Shown here: positions 10,191 through 19,520 of the stretch, in pieces
Layout of the letters: each line of letters opens with the position of its first letter
How positions within the stretch are numbered: position 1 is the stretch's first letter
NCBI GenBank assembly: GCA_964478815.1
Contig: CAYZKY010000007.1
Span: forward strand, 14,512-78,511
DNA: 64,000 nucleotides
Direction: 5' to 3'
Source of the DNA: an uncultured Verrucomicrobiota bacterium
GTDB taxonomy: Bacteria > Verrucomicrobiota > Verrucomicrobiia > Limisphaerales > SXQI01
Translations under genes and position numbers: made by a program
The notes under the pieces: generated by a model
Told to the model about the DNA's origin: nothing
Seen by the model: the letters and a program-made list of their open reading frames with translations, nothing else
Database searches by the model: none

Positions 10191-10630
10191 AGCCTATGTG
10201 TTGCCGCTCAAACGGAGTTCTAAAGCAAATCTCTCTGTCGGGCATTGAACCAGAGTGGTCAGTCCTGGAGCTGGGGTCCGGTCCTCCGGCGTCATTTTCG
10301 TTTGCAATTCAAGCAATACTTTTTTGTCGTCGCGGCGAATCTTCGCCTCGCATTGGCGGCGATCGTCTTGCTTGAGTCTCAACATTTGCGCCAGCTTCTC
10401 CGAAGCCTCAATCATCAGACGCCGCAACTCGTCGTCGGTGATACGGCTAAAATCCGGCTCATTCAGAAAGGGCGAGCGCTTCCCCGCGTGAAGCTTCTCG
10501 ATGAATCCCTTGCGGATAACGATGCCGTCAGCGCGTTCCCCTCATCTCGAATGGCATCCGGACTCCTTTGTCAGGAGCGCACGGTATGTGCTACAATTCG
10601 TCTCAATGGCACCTTGATAAGGGAGACAAA

Positions 10631-10819
10631 ATGGCAGCAAAGCTAAACCAACGCACGATTTTGCCAGAGACTGGTCGAGCATCGACCGCCACTGAGCCGG
10701 TGAGGAGAGCTGTCAATGGGCTTCGCAAACTGCAGGCGGCGATTCGAAAGCGCATGGGAGGCGGTTCTGGGACTTCGTTAATGGACGTCAGAAAAGCCAT
10801 TGCTTCAGGTCGAAAGTGA
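10631..10819 (+). CDS. putative type II antitoxin (partner of PIN toxin)
   Basis: 62-aa ORF from the internal Met (MAAKLNQRT..). Its stop overlaps the GTG start of the PIN gene (GTGA). Confidence 0.55.
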   Translation: MAAKLNQRTILPETGRASTATEPVRRAVNGLRKLQAAIRKRMGGGSGTSLMDVRKAIASGRK

Positions 10820-11259
10820 TCGACCTATTCGTGGTGGACGCGTCTGTTGCTGTCGGCTGGGTGCATCCGAGTCAAGCGACCGGGCTCTCCACACACCTGC
10901 TTGACGAGATTGAATCAGGAGCGCGTTTCCTCGTCCCATCCCTTTGGTTTTTGGAAATCGCCAACGCCCTACTTGTCCTGCAGAGACGAAAAAGACTTAA
11001 TGAAAACGAACGCCGCGCCGCCCTTTCGCGTCTTCGCCTCCTAAACCCCGTCGTTGAGGCCATTCCAGACAGACGGGTTTTCGTCGAGATTTCATCCGTC
11101 GCGTTCGATTTCGGGCTTTCGGTCTACGATGCGGTTTATCTTGATCTGGCGAAACGTCGATCACTTCCGTTCGCAACTCAGGACACGGCGTCGGAGCGGG
11201 CCGCGTCAAAGGCCGGGGTAAAGACAATTTCGTCGAGCCTCCCCCCTTTCAAAGGATAA
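10816..11259 (+). CDS. vapC: PIN-domain toxin (VapC-like)
   Basis: VVDASVAVGW (N-terminal Asp), LWFLEIANAL (Glu), VYDAVYLDLA (Asp). About 147 aa and coupled to the upstream small ORF. Confidence 0.8.
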   Translation: MIDLFVVDASVAVGWVHPSQATGLSTHLLDEIESGARFLVPSLWFLEIANALLVLQRRKRLNENERRAALSRLRLLNPVVEAIPDRRVFVEISSVAFDFGLSVYDAVYLDLAKRRSLPFATQDTASERAASKAGVKTISSSLPPFKG

Positions 11260-12132
11260 CCTTTCGGTTCTTCGACGTTTTCAGTGGAATGAAATGGAAT
11301 GGGGATTTTAGTTTGGCTGGGTGCCGATAGAGACGTTTCATCAGTTGCTTGGGCTGGACGAGTGCTGGCGTGTCATCGCCGCGAGCTACGAGGATAAAGA
11401 GAACCGCTTCGTGATCTGCGTCGAGGAGACGCCGCACTTGTGGGAGGCGGAGACGAGACGGGGCGGCTGGGAGGTCAGTTGCTATGACCCTGTCGAGCCA
11501 CGGGAGTGGCGGCATTTGAATGTGTTCGACAAGGAGGCGGTGATCCACTGCCGGCGGCCCCGCGGGCGCTACGTGGACCCGCACGGCTCCGCCCAAAGCC
11601 GGGAACAGGTGTACCGGGTGAAGCCGCCGTGGGAGGGCCAAAGCAAACACTTCCCCGGGAATTTGAAGCGTTTGCCCTGACGCTCCTGCGCGAGATGCCG
11701 GTCAAGAAAGCCGGGGAGATCCTGGGGGAAACAGACTCGCGCCTCTGGCGGATGCTCTTTTTGCATGTGCGGGCGGCGCACGCCGCGTCGGAGTGGGAGG
11801 TCGTCTGGGTGGGGGCGGATGAAATGAGCATCCGCAAGGGGCACAACGACCTCACGGTGTTTGCCGATCTGAGGCACAAGCAAGTGATTGACGCGACCGA
11901 AGGAAAGGGTGCCGAGACGTGGGAAAGCTTTGTGGCTGAGATGGAAGCGCCCCATGCGCATTCGAAACAGGTCACCCAGGCCGCGATCGACATGAGCCCG
12001 GCCTACCTCAAGGGGGTGAAGGAGAATCTCGGCAATGCGGAGATTGTCTTCGATAAATTTCATGTCGTCGCCCAGGGGAACGGAGGCGTGGACAAAGTCC
12101 GCCGGGCTGAAGCTCAGGCCAGCGAGGCTGCC
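11258..12132 (+). pseudogene. ISL3-family transposase remnant (frameshifted, 3-prime truncated)
   Basis: Frame 1 reads ..WRHLNVFDKEAVIHCRRPRG..PWEGQSKHF. A frame switch near 11650 then gives REFEAFALTLLREMPVKKAGEILGETDSRLWR..GADEMSIRKGH..DMSPAYLKGVKENLGNAEIVFDKFHVV. Homology ends at ~12130. A possible terminal repeat GGTTCTTCGACG lies near 11258. Confidence 0.8.
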
Positions 12133-12409
12133 CGGTGCGCCGCAGTGGTTTCCATTCCTCATCGTCCGCTGCTTCGGCTTGGCGGCGTTGTTCGAGATTT
12201 TCTTCGAATTGAGCGCGGCCGGCGGCGCTGCCTGGCCGAATCCGGTGCTCGCCGAGCAGCCGGTCCGTCCGCATCCAGGCGGGACGGTGCTTCGGCGCGG
12301 AAAGATACCAAACCAGGCTGCTCCAGGGATAGCTCAGCAGGCGCTCTTCCGTGCCCAGCAGCTTGGCGCGCGACGGATTGAGATGGACGTAATCGCAAAC
12401 GGTTCGCAA
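12133..12409 (-). pseudogene. REP-associated/IS200-like transposase-like gene, C-terminal fragment (inverted relative to 9852-10190)
   Basis: VCDYVHLNPSRAKLLGTEERLLSYPWSSLVWYL..DDEEWKPLRR is the segment missing from the 9852 fragment. Confidence 0.7.
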
Positions 12410-12474
12410 GTAACCGGTCCCGCTGACCTAACTACCGCTGTAACTCCACATAACGGCTTTAGTGACAATCATTG

Positions 12475-12517
12475 AATGCAAACCTACGATAATGGAGGGC
12501 TATCGGCAAAAAGGGGA
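12475..12517. repeat. left copy of ~43-bp imperfect direct repeat bracketing a TA cassette
   Basis: AATGCAAACCTACGATAATGGAGGGCTATCGGCAAAAAGGGGA. The first 21 nt match 20/21 with the copy at 13254. Confidence 0.6.
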
Positions 12518-12555
12518 TCTATTGGGGGCGACAGAGAGTGGGCCAGCAAAACTGT

Positions 12556-12909
12556 TCAGCCCGTTCTTCGAATGCGCAGCAAACCCGGGGAAATGACCGT
12601 GAAAGATTTTGAAAGACCTTCGGTATGCCTGCTCAGCGCTTCGGATACAACTGCTGCCTTTTGAGAAGCGGTTATTCCTTCGAGGCGGATAAGGATGACA
12701 CCTGCGTGAATGCGCCGCAGTCGAACAATCAATTCCCCGAAGTCTTTGTCGGTTGTGAGCAGGAGAGCTTCCTCCTGATTGGCTCGCAAAAGAACCTCGT
12801 CGTCGGTGATGCCGGGATCGACCTCCGCAACGTAAACAACCTCGTGACCGTCCGCGCGAAGACGGTTGACGATTTGAACGTCAACTCCTTCGTCGGCGAG
12901 CAGTTTCAT
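12556..12909 (-). CDS. DUF5615-type PIN-like toxin (partner of DUF433)
   Basis: MKLLADEGVDVQIVNRLRADGHEVVYV..LLTTDKDFGEL. Its start overlaps the upstream DUF433 stop. Confidence 0.7.
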   Translation of the reverse strand: MKLLADEGVDVQIVNRLRADGHEVVYVAEVDPGITDDEVLLRANQEEALLLTTDKDFGELIVRLRRIHAGVILIRLEGITASQKAAVVSEALSRHTEGLSKSFTVISPGLLRIRRTG

Positions 12910-13139
12910 GCCGCTTTCACAGGAATTGGATAAACCACGTCCGCTCGGAGTGCGCCTGCGGCGAATGTCAGAGCCGCGAGAATCCCATCTCGCGTTAGCC
13001 GAGGATGTGACTTCAACACTGCGTCCAGGGTTTCACCGGCCCCAAGCCGGTCGAGAATTGATTCTACAGTAATGCGAGTGCCCGCGATCACAGGCTTACC
13101 CATCATTATGGCCGGATTCGATTCGATTTTCTGAGTCAT
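12906..13139 (-). CDS. DUF433-type antitoxin
   Basis: From the internal Met: MTQKIESNPAIMMGKPVIAGTRITVESILDRLGAGETLDAVLKSHPRLTRDGILAAL. Confidence 0.7.
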   Translation of the reverse strand: MTQKIESNPAIMMGKPVIAGTRITVESILDRLGAGETLDAVLKSHPRLTRDGILAALTFAAGALRADVVYPIPVKAA

Positions 13140-13253
13140 ACTGACTATTGTCGCAAAATCCACGGAAGATTGCAACTTGATCAGAGAATCTTTGAAGGAC
13201 AGGCCTTTTTGCCCTAATTGCAAACCGGGCTGCGGCCTCGCGATTCGGCCTCA

Positions 13254-13296
13254 AATGCAAACTTACGATAATGGTAGATTATCGTAAGATAGGGGA
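13254..13296. repeat. right copy of the direct repeat; contains a perfect 11-5-11 palindrome
   Basis: AATGCAAACTTACGATAATGGTAGATTATCGTAAGATAGGGGA. The palindrome is CTTACGATAAT-GGTAG-ATTATCGTAAG (13262-13288). It lies between the divergent DUF433 and integrase genes. Confidence 0.6.
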
Positions 13297-13381
13297 GCTA
13301 ATACCTCTTCCGGCCATCGGATTTTCGTGCTAGCCTTACCCCATCGAGAACACCGGCGTTCTCGTTTTTAAGGCAAAGGTC

Positions 13382-14350
13382 ATGGGGGAGAATCCCGCGA
13401 AAACTCATTCGGATGACACCTCCCCATCCCTGGACGACCTTCTCGCCGAAGCCCAGGCCGCGGCGAAAGCTTCTATCCCCCCGAACACGGCCAGAGCCTA
13501 CCGGACGGACTGGAAGGATTTTCAAGCATTCTGCGCACGGCAAAAGCTTTCGGTATTGCCCGCGCGCCCGGAAACAGTTTGTGCTTATCTGGCCGCTCGC
13601 GCGCGGCGACACAAAGTGTCAACCATCCGCCGCCGGCTCACGGTCATCGGCAAGGTGCATCGGATTCGTGGCGTCCAGAATCCTCTGGATGACATGCGGG
13701 TCAAACAGACCTGGCGCGGCATCCTCCGGCAACACCGCACGGTCGAGGCCCAAAAATCTCCTGCTCTTCTTCGTGACCTTCAAGCAATTTCCGGTGCCTT
13801 GGATAAGAGCCTCGCCGGGATTCGCGACCGCGCCATCATTCTTCTGGGCTTTGCCGGCGCGATGCGCCGTTCGGAGTTGGTCGCCCTCGATGTCAGCAGC
13901 ATGGAACAAGCGGAAGAAGGCTTGGTGGTCTACATCGCTCGCAGCAAAACCGATCAGTCGGGTGCGGGACGCAAAATCGGAGTTCCTTTTGGACAAAATC
14001 CCCTCACCTGCCCTGTGCGAGCCGTTCTCGAATGGCTGAAGGTTTCGCAGATTTCCGGGGAAGCCCTCTTTCGCAAGGTCAATCGTCATGGGCGTCTCGA
14101 AGGGAAGCGGCTTTCGGCTCATGCCGTAGCCCTTATCGTCAAACGGGTCTTCCAACTCATCGGCAAGGCCCCGGCCTCATTCTCAGGTCATTCCCTCCGG
14201 GCGGGCCTGGCCACCCAAGCCGCCATGTCGGGTGCGAGCGAACGTGCGATTCAAAACCAGACGGGCCACCGGAGCCTTACCGTCCTTCGCAAATACATCC
14301 GAGACGGAAGCCTTTTCCGGGACAACGCCGCGAAAAAGACGGGCCTATGA
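13382..14350 (+). CDS. tyrosine site-specific recombinase (phage-integrase family)
   Basis: 322 aa. N-terminal SAM-like region (TARAYRTDWKDFQAFC), then ..AMRRSELVAL..HSLRAGLATQAA..GHRSLTVLRKYIRDG, i.e. the R..H-x-x-R..Y catalytic pattern. Confidence 0.9.
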   Translation: MGENPAKTHSDDTSPSLDDLLAEAQAAAKASIPPNTARAYRTDWKDFQAFCARQKLSVLPARPETVCAYLAARARRHKVSTIRRRLTVIGKVHRIRGVQNPLDDMRVKQTWRGILRQHRTVEAQKSPALLRDLQAISGALDKSLAGIRDRAIILLGFAGAMRRSELVALDVSSMEQAEEGLVVYIARSKTDQSGAGRKIGVPFGQNPLTCPVRAVLEWLKVSQISGEALFRKVNRHGRLEGKRLSAHAVALIVKRVFQLIGKAPASFSGHSLRAGLATQAAMSGASERAIQNQTGHRSLTVLRKYIRDGSLFRDNAAKKTGL

Positions 14351-14388
14351 AGCTTGGTTGCCCCGTATCGATGGGGCACTGTTGCCAG

Positions 14389-14405
14389 ATCAGATGGCAT
14401 CTGAT
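14389..14405. promoter_or_regulatory. possible operator palindrome upstream of the Phd/VapC pair
   Basis: ATCAGAT-GGC-ATCTGAT perfect 7-3-7 palindrome followed by ATATTAT, 12 nt before the antitoxin ATG. Confidence 0.3.
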
Positions 14406-14416
14406 ATTATGAACTC

Positions 14417-14692
14417 ATGAAGACACTCAACGTTACCGAAGTCGCGCGCAATTTCCGCCGGGTCATTGATGACATCGAGCGAGAGCAGGAAGAGATTGTG
14501 CTGGTGCGCAATCACCGCCAGGTGGCCCGCCTCGTGCCGGAACCACCCGGTCAAACAGCGGATCAGGTGCTCGGCGATTTGTATCGCAAGTTGGACGACG
14601 CCACGGCCGACGCGTTGCTTGAGTCGCTCGCCAAGACCCGCCGGGCCAAGGGCGGGACCCTCGCAAACCTGCGCAACCCATGGGATATCTGA
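14417..14692 (+). CDS. Phd/YefM-like antitoxin
   Basis: MKTLNVTEVARNFRRVIDDIEREQEEIVLVRNHRQVARLVP. Overlaps the VapC start by 13 nt. Confidence 0.75.
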   Translation: MKTLNVTEVARNFRRVIDDIEREQEEIVLVRNHRQVARLVPEPPGQTADQVLGDLYRKLDDATADALLESLAKTRRAKGGTLANLRNPWDI

Positions 14693-15102
14693 TCGACACC
14701 AATATCTGGGTCGCTATTGAAAGGGGTGTGCTGAGCGCCGCCGACATCCATGCGATCACCCGGCAGGAGCCCGTCTATGTCTCCCCCATCAATCTCGCTG
14801 AACTGCGCTACGGCATTGAACTCATGACCGACGTCAAGTTGCGGCAGCGGGCCGAAGCCATGCTCCGGCGCATGCGGCGCAAGCCCCTCCTGCGCATTAC
14901 CGGAGAAACCGCCGAAGTTTTCGGGGGTCTCGCGGGCCAATTGACTCGGACGGGACGCGGGCCACAATTTCGCACTCAAGATTTATGGCTGGCCGCTCAG
15001 GCGATCCAACGGGACTACACTCTTTTAACGGCCAATCCCAAAGACTTTCGCGACGTCCCTGGATTGCGCTTGGTGGAAATCAGCCTCCCTCGAAAGGATT
15101 GA
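14680..15102 (+). CDS. vapC: PIN-domain toxin VapC
   Basis: MGYLIDTNIWV..INLAELRYG..TQDLWLAAQAI..LLTANPKDF. Confidence 0.85.
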   Translation: MGYLIDTNIWVAIERGVLSAADIHAITRQEPVYVSPINLAELRYGIELMTDVKLRQRAEAMLRRMRRKPLLRITGETAEVFGGLAGQLTRTGRGPQFRTQDLWLAAQAIQRDYTLLTANPKDFRDVPGLRLVEISLPRKD

Positions 15103-15289
15103 TTCGGTTTCCAAAAATGAAGCGACGAGTGTTGGGCCGACGATGGGGCAACGCCATCAATCCCGGCGAACCAAGTCAACCCGATGCTAAAAGCTTCCGC
15201 GAACCTCCTTCCAGTACCGAAAGCTGTCGGGAAACCTCGCGGAATTTGGCGGTGCTTCCAAGAATCGGGTGTTCCATTACCCGCCCTGA

Positions 15290-15883
15290 TCAGAGGGGCA
15301 AGTCGAGCTGAGCGCTCGGCGGAGGCGTGGCACGTTCTGCCGCGAGCCTTTCGAACATCTCCCGCTGCGTAGTCGGAAGGTCCGTTTCGCTCAATTCGAA
15401 CCGGATCGCCTCAGCCTCATTCGGAGTCGTTCCGCCCGCTTGAAACTCCTGGAGCATTTGGGCATACGGCTTGTTCGAGGCAAACAATCCCCCGTCCGCG
15501 TACATAACCTTCAGGTGCCAGCGCCATTCCTCGACAGTCAAATCTGTGCCGACGAACGCCACCGCCGATCCGAGGCGATACGGCTTTCCAGCCAGTGTCA
15601 CTCGTTCTCCCTCACTATGACGCGGTCCCGGGATACGCGCCGGTTCTGGACCGGCGTAGGCTGCGGCCGGGATCAGCGGATGACAGAGAGCCGAACGCCC
15701 CACCCGGCCTCCAAAACTGGTGTAGAACTGTCCCTGATGCTGGAAGGCTCGGACTTTCGGGAACGATTGTGCCGAATACGCGGCGGCGATATCCCCTCGC
15801 TCCATCCGCCACAGGCCCATCGCCAGGCGGCGCCAGTTCACCGTGATTTGCCGTAAACTGCTTTCTGCCCGCTCCGTCTCCAT
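15290..15883 (-). CDS. hypothetical protein (family A, copy 1)
   Basis: ATG at 15883 preceded by GGAGG. METERAESSLRQITVNWRRL..FQHQGQFYTSFGG. A paralog lies at 26874-27467. Confidence 0.6.
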   Translation of the reverse strand: METERAESSLRQITVNWRRLAMGLWRMERGDIAAAYSAQSFPKVRAFQHQGQFYTSFGGRVGRSALCHPLIPAAAYAGPEPARIPGPRHSEGERVTLAGKPYRLGSAVAFVGTDLTVEEWRWHLKVMYADGGLFASNKPYAQMLQEFQAGGTTPNEAEAIRFELSETDLPTTQREMFERLAAERATPPPSAQLDLPL

Positions 15884-15942
15884 GAATGCCTGCCTCCCAT
15901 TAAGTGGTATAGGACAAGAGGGCGGCGACATCAATGGGCTGA

Positions 15943-16536
15943 TTATAACGGGGTGGCATCGACCTCCCTTTTCGCGTTGTTCCGGCAGTGCTGGATGATT
16001 TGGGAGAGCGGCCATTCCCAGGTGTATTCCAGGAAGGGACGTTCGCTGAAAGCCGCCCAGAGCTGTTCGAAGAGTCCTCCCACCTCACTTACGCCGAGGT
16101 CCGCCGTGTCGAACCCCGCCTCGAACTCCTCCTGCGCGTCCATCAACTTCGCTTCGCCGTAAGCGCAGGCGGCGTCGCGCAAAGCGTTTAGTTCGTCCCG
16201 CCGCTCCCGGAGTGGGCGCAGACCCGAGCGTCGATGCGAACGCTTGATTTCTGCTGCGGCCTCATCGAGCCGGTGGAGTGCTTGGCCGATCTCATGACCG
16301 ATTTCCTCCGCTGTCACCCAGCACGCCTCCCAGAAAGCGGCCAAGTCGCGAGGCGTTGTCTCCGGTTTGAACTGAAAGGTGCTTAAGCCCTTCGCCTCGA
16401 ACCGTGCGATTACCCAGGCCAGATCGATTCGAGAGGACTCGGACGGCCCGGGTTTCCCCGAAAACAACTCCATCTGTTCGAATGAGGGCAAGGAACTTTC
16501 GATGATCGCTCCACAAGATTGTCGTCCCATCTCCAT
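15943..16536 (-). CDS. hypothetical protein (family B, copy 1)
   Basis: 197-aa ORF (..IDLAWVIARFEAKGL..YTWEWPLSQIIQHC). A paralog lies at 27979-28608. Confidence 0.6.
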   Translation of the reverse strand: MEMGRQSCGAIIESSLPSFEQMELFSGKPGPSESSRIDLAWVIARFEAKGLSTFQFKPETTPRDLAAFWEACWVTAEEIGHEIGQALHRLDEAAAEIKRSHRRSGLRPLRERRDELNALRDAACAYGEAKLMDAQEEFEAGFDTADLGVSEVGGLFEQLWAAFSERPFLEYTWEWPLSQIIQHCRNNAKREVDATPL

Positions 16537-16679
16537 GCCTTTCCCCTTGGGCGTGTGCCAGTCTTTTCCGCTCGATTTCTGGGGGCACGCCTTTCTCAGC
16601 TCTTTCCCCTTTCGTCCAGGAGCAGGCCCGTAACCGCCCCGCTATCCGTCGGTTGGTCAGGGCCGGGTCGCATCCGATG

Positions 16680-17093
16680 CTAGACTTTCACACAGGGACC
16701 GGCCACCCGTTCGTACAAATCCAAAAGCCTGGCCAGATCGTTTCGGGTCAAGATCTGGCACGGTGCCTGCGCTTCGATGGTTTGGCGCGGAACGGTGCTG
16801 CAAAGGAGGAGAAGCTGAAAAATCTCTCGCAACGCCGGCAGGCTGAACATTCGTTGGTCCGTGAATAGTTGGTAAACTCCGGCCATGTTTTCCCAAATCT
16901 TGATCTCGTTTTCCGGGTGCAGGTCGCGTTGGAAATCCTCAAGCCAATGCGATAAGGGCTCTGGCCGCACCGCCTCGAATATCTTCGCCACGCTCTCGAT
17001 TCGACGGACCAGTACTGGCGGTAGAGACGCATGCAGGACCGGTCCTTTTTCCTGCTGCGGAATGGGTAATTTGCGCCGTGGTCTTCTTCCCAT
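16680..17093 (-). CDS. hypothetical protein
   Basis: 137 aa from the internal Met (MGRRPRRKLPIP..). Same strand as the preceding genes. No recognisable motif. Confidence 0.4.
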   Translation of the reverse strand: MGRRPRRKLPIPQQEKGPVLHASLPPVLVRRIESVAKIFEAVRPEPLSHWLEDFQRDLHPENEIKIWENMAGVYQLFTDQRMFSLPALREIFQLLLLCSTVPRQTIEAQAPCQILTRNDLARLLDLYERVAGPCVKV

Positions 17094-17527
17094 GCCTGAT
17101 TTCCGACCTCCTGGACCTGCCTCTCCTTGCCGGTCGAGGCTACCACGATATAGGCCGACACCGCAATCGGGTGGCTTCCGCCCATAGGCAAAGCCGCACG
17201 CGGTCGGGGAACGCTTCAACGGCATGTAACAAAACGCCTAGCTTGGTCTCGTCGAATTGGGTCAATTCGGCTATCTTTCGTCATGTCCTTCGGGCAAAGA
17301 GAGCGGGGCTTGCCGCCCAGAGCATGTTTATCGGCACCTCAACGTCATGTTCAGTGTGGACGGGCGTGTCGTCATGACTCGAGTCAGTCTCGCTTTTCAA
17401 AACGCAGCGTCTTTACCGTGTCGGCCTCCGAGCACGATTCGTTCGGTCGCACCCGCGATTTCGAGACCCTCCTTGAAACAACGAATTCGTTATTGTCCGT
17501 CGCATCGCTTTCCATGAAAATCCCCCA

Positions 17528-18349
17528 GTGCCCACCAACCCATCGTTTTCGCCGTCGGAGTTAGAGAGTGTCTGCAAGGTCGTTGCGGACACGGCGAACG
17601 GCATTACAGGCTCTGAAATCGGGCAAGTGCTTGCCCAATTGGGCATTCCCGATCCAGCACCGGAGTTAACAAAGTGGAAGCGATTGCTCGCAGCGTTGGA
17701 CCAACAACAAAGGCGCGATAATTGCGCCAACAACGTGTTGAACCTGATTCTTCAAGTCATGAGGCCCGTGCGTTACGTGGGTAAGAATGACGTATTTGAG
17801 TCACGTCGTATCGCGCTGAACCATGTCTTGATTTTTACCGGCTTGCAAGTCGGAATCGATGGTCAACTGCGTCGGCGTGAAGCCGCCAGCACATTAGCTC
17901 AAGCAGACGAGCGCGCCGGCCGGCTGCGCGCCGAGCTGCTGAAGCGAAATGTTCATGCAGATGTGCTTCGCTTCTGCAAAGCAGAATTACTCCAGGATAA
18001 CTATTTTCATGCTGTTCTCGAGGCAACAAAGAGCCTGGCTGAGAAAATGCGAGTTCGTACCGGCCTTGGAACTGACGGATCAGAATTGGCCGACGAAGTG
18101 CTGGCTTTGGGGAAGATAGGAACGCCCTTTCTCGCTTTCAATAGTTTGAGAACCGATTCCGAACGGATGGAGCAAAAAGGGTTGCTCAACTTAATCAAGG
18201 GACTTTTCGGGACGTTTCGAAATCCGACCGCTCATTCCCCAAGAATCTCTTGGAATATGACGGAGCAAGACGCCCTCGATCTTCTGACAATGGCATCGTT
18301 TCTTCACCGGCGTTTGGACAGCGCCGCTAGGACGCCACGGACCGCGTAA
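17528..18349 (+). CDS. TIGR02391 (Hypoth_Ymh)-type HEPN-domain protein
   Basis: 273 aa with a GTG start. C-terminal half reads YFHAVLEATKSLAEKMR..LLNLIKGLFGTFRNPTAHSPRISW, carrying the HEPN Rx4H motif (RNPTAH). Visibly lower GC. Confidence 0.7.
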   Translation: MPTNPSFSPSELESVCKVVADTANGITGSEIGQVLAQLGIPDPAPELTKWKRLLAALDQQQRRDNCANNVLNLILQVMRPVRYVGKNDVFESRRIALNHVLIFTGLQVGIDGQLRRREAASTLAQADERAGRLRAELLKRNVHADVLRFCKAELLQDNYFHAVLEATKSLAEKMRVRTGLGTDGSELADEVLALGKIGTPFLAFNSLRTDSERMEQKGLLNLIKGLFGTFRNPTAHSPRISWNMTEQDALDLLTMASFLHRRLDSAARTPRTA

Positions 18350-18596
18350 GCGTTGGGATGGTCGACAGCTTTGCGTCCAAATAATGCAGGATCGTTCGGG
18401 CGCTGTTAATGGCAAGCATCGCCTCTGGTTCCTCCAGGAGCGTTTCGATTGGGTGTGATACGCTGCCTCGATTGCGCAGTGGATTGAGTGCATCGAGGAC
18501 GCTGGCTATCCCCCGAATCGCTCTGAAAACGTGGTCGGCATGTGGAAAAGCGGAACTAAGAACGGGATGTTGGTCGCCCGGAATGTATGACTGCAC
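18327..18596 (-). pseudogene. Abi_C-like (HEPN) abortive-infection gene, C-terminal fragment
   Basis: ..VFRAIRGIASVLDALNPLRNRGSVSHPIETLLEEPEAMLAINSARTILHYL has an Rx4-6H motif. There is no N-terminal part. Its 5-prime end abuts the integrase remnant. Confidence 0.5.
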
Positions 18597-19412
18597 CTAT
18601 TCTCGGGGAGCCCAGCTTCTTTGGCCCTCCGCTTCACCGCGCGAAGTTCGTCGTTCCTCGACATGGCGTTGGGAGTCAGAGTGTCAGTTTTGCCGATAGC
18701 GGAGCGAAAGAGCGGAGTCTTTCTTCTCCTCGGCAATGCCGACGGGCTCAATGTAGGCACCAACGTACGCCACTGCGTTATGGTGCGCGGGCACTTCGTG
18801 AAACTTTCCGTCCTTCTCGTGCATCCGGAACCACCAGCGTTTGCTGTTTTGGTCATAGTCGCTGACGCGCATCCCGACCACGGTCGAGACGCGGACGAAG
18901 CTGAACACCATAGCGGCGATGAGCGCTCGGTCTCGAAGACCGACAACCGTTGAGGTGTCGATACGATCGAGGAGCTTCCGGGCATCGTCGGGGGACAGCA
19001 CCGGCGTTTTTCCTTATTCGAAAGCATGCTTCGGCTCTCGGACAGAAGCGGCCGGGTTCATCGGCATGACTTGGCCGATGACCAACCAATGGAAAAGCAT
19101 CCGAATGGCGGCGAGGTGTTGCTTCACAGACGGCGCGGCGAGCTCACGACCGAGCTCCTCGACGTAGCTCGCAACAAGAAACGGCTGGAGCTGTTGCCGC
19201 GAGATCCGTTTCTCGTCGCACCAATCGCAAAACCTGGAGACAGCGGCCGCGTACGCGGATCGGGTGTTCCGGTTTCGGATATTGGCAGTGAAAAACTCAA
19301 CGAACCGCCTGGCAGCGTTTTCGCCGGCGTCGGCGATGACTGCTGGGAACGGCCGGCCGGCGAAGGTGACTTCGCGCGATCCGTTCTTTTCACTGACGGC
19401 TGCATTTGTCAT
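18597..19412 (-). pseudogene. tyrosine integrase remnant (stop, frameshift, 3-prime truncated)
   Basis: Three frames: AARRFVEFFTANIRNRNTRSAYAAAVSRFCDWC..PKHAFE-stop; LSPDDARKLLDRIDTSTVVGLRDRALIAAMVFSF..WWFRMHEKDGKFHEVPAHHN; LFRSAIGKTDTLTPNAMSRNDELRAVKRRAKEAGLPENRCSHTFRAT, then homology is lost. Confidence 0.8.
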
Positions 19413-19520
19413 GTACGGTGATCGGTTTTGTATCCGGGGAGCCTGTCCCCTGCCCGGCCGTTAATGGAGCATAAAGGACGTTATGATGCACAAAATGTTT
19501 CGGGGAAGGGGGTTCGTGGT

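Noticed and set aside
10194-10560. Minus-strand reading frame ..IRKGFIEKLHAGKRSPFLNEPDFSRITDDELRRLMIEASEKLAQMLRLKQDD.. that looks protein-like
   Set aside because: There is no ATG (only alternative starts), it is bounded upstream by a TGA, I recognise no family, and it sits inside the rearranged block. It is probably a gene remnant and was left unannotated.
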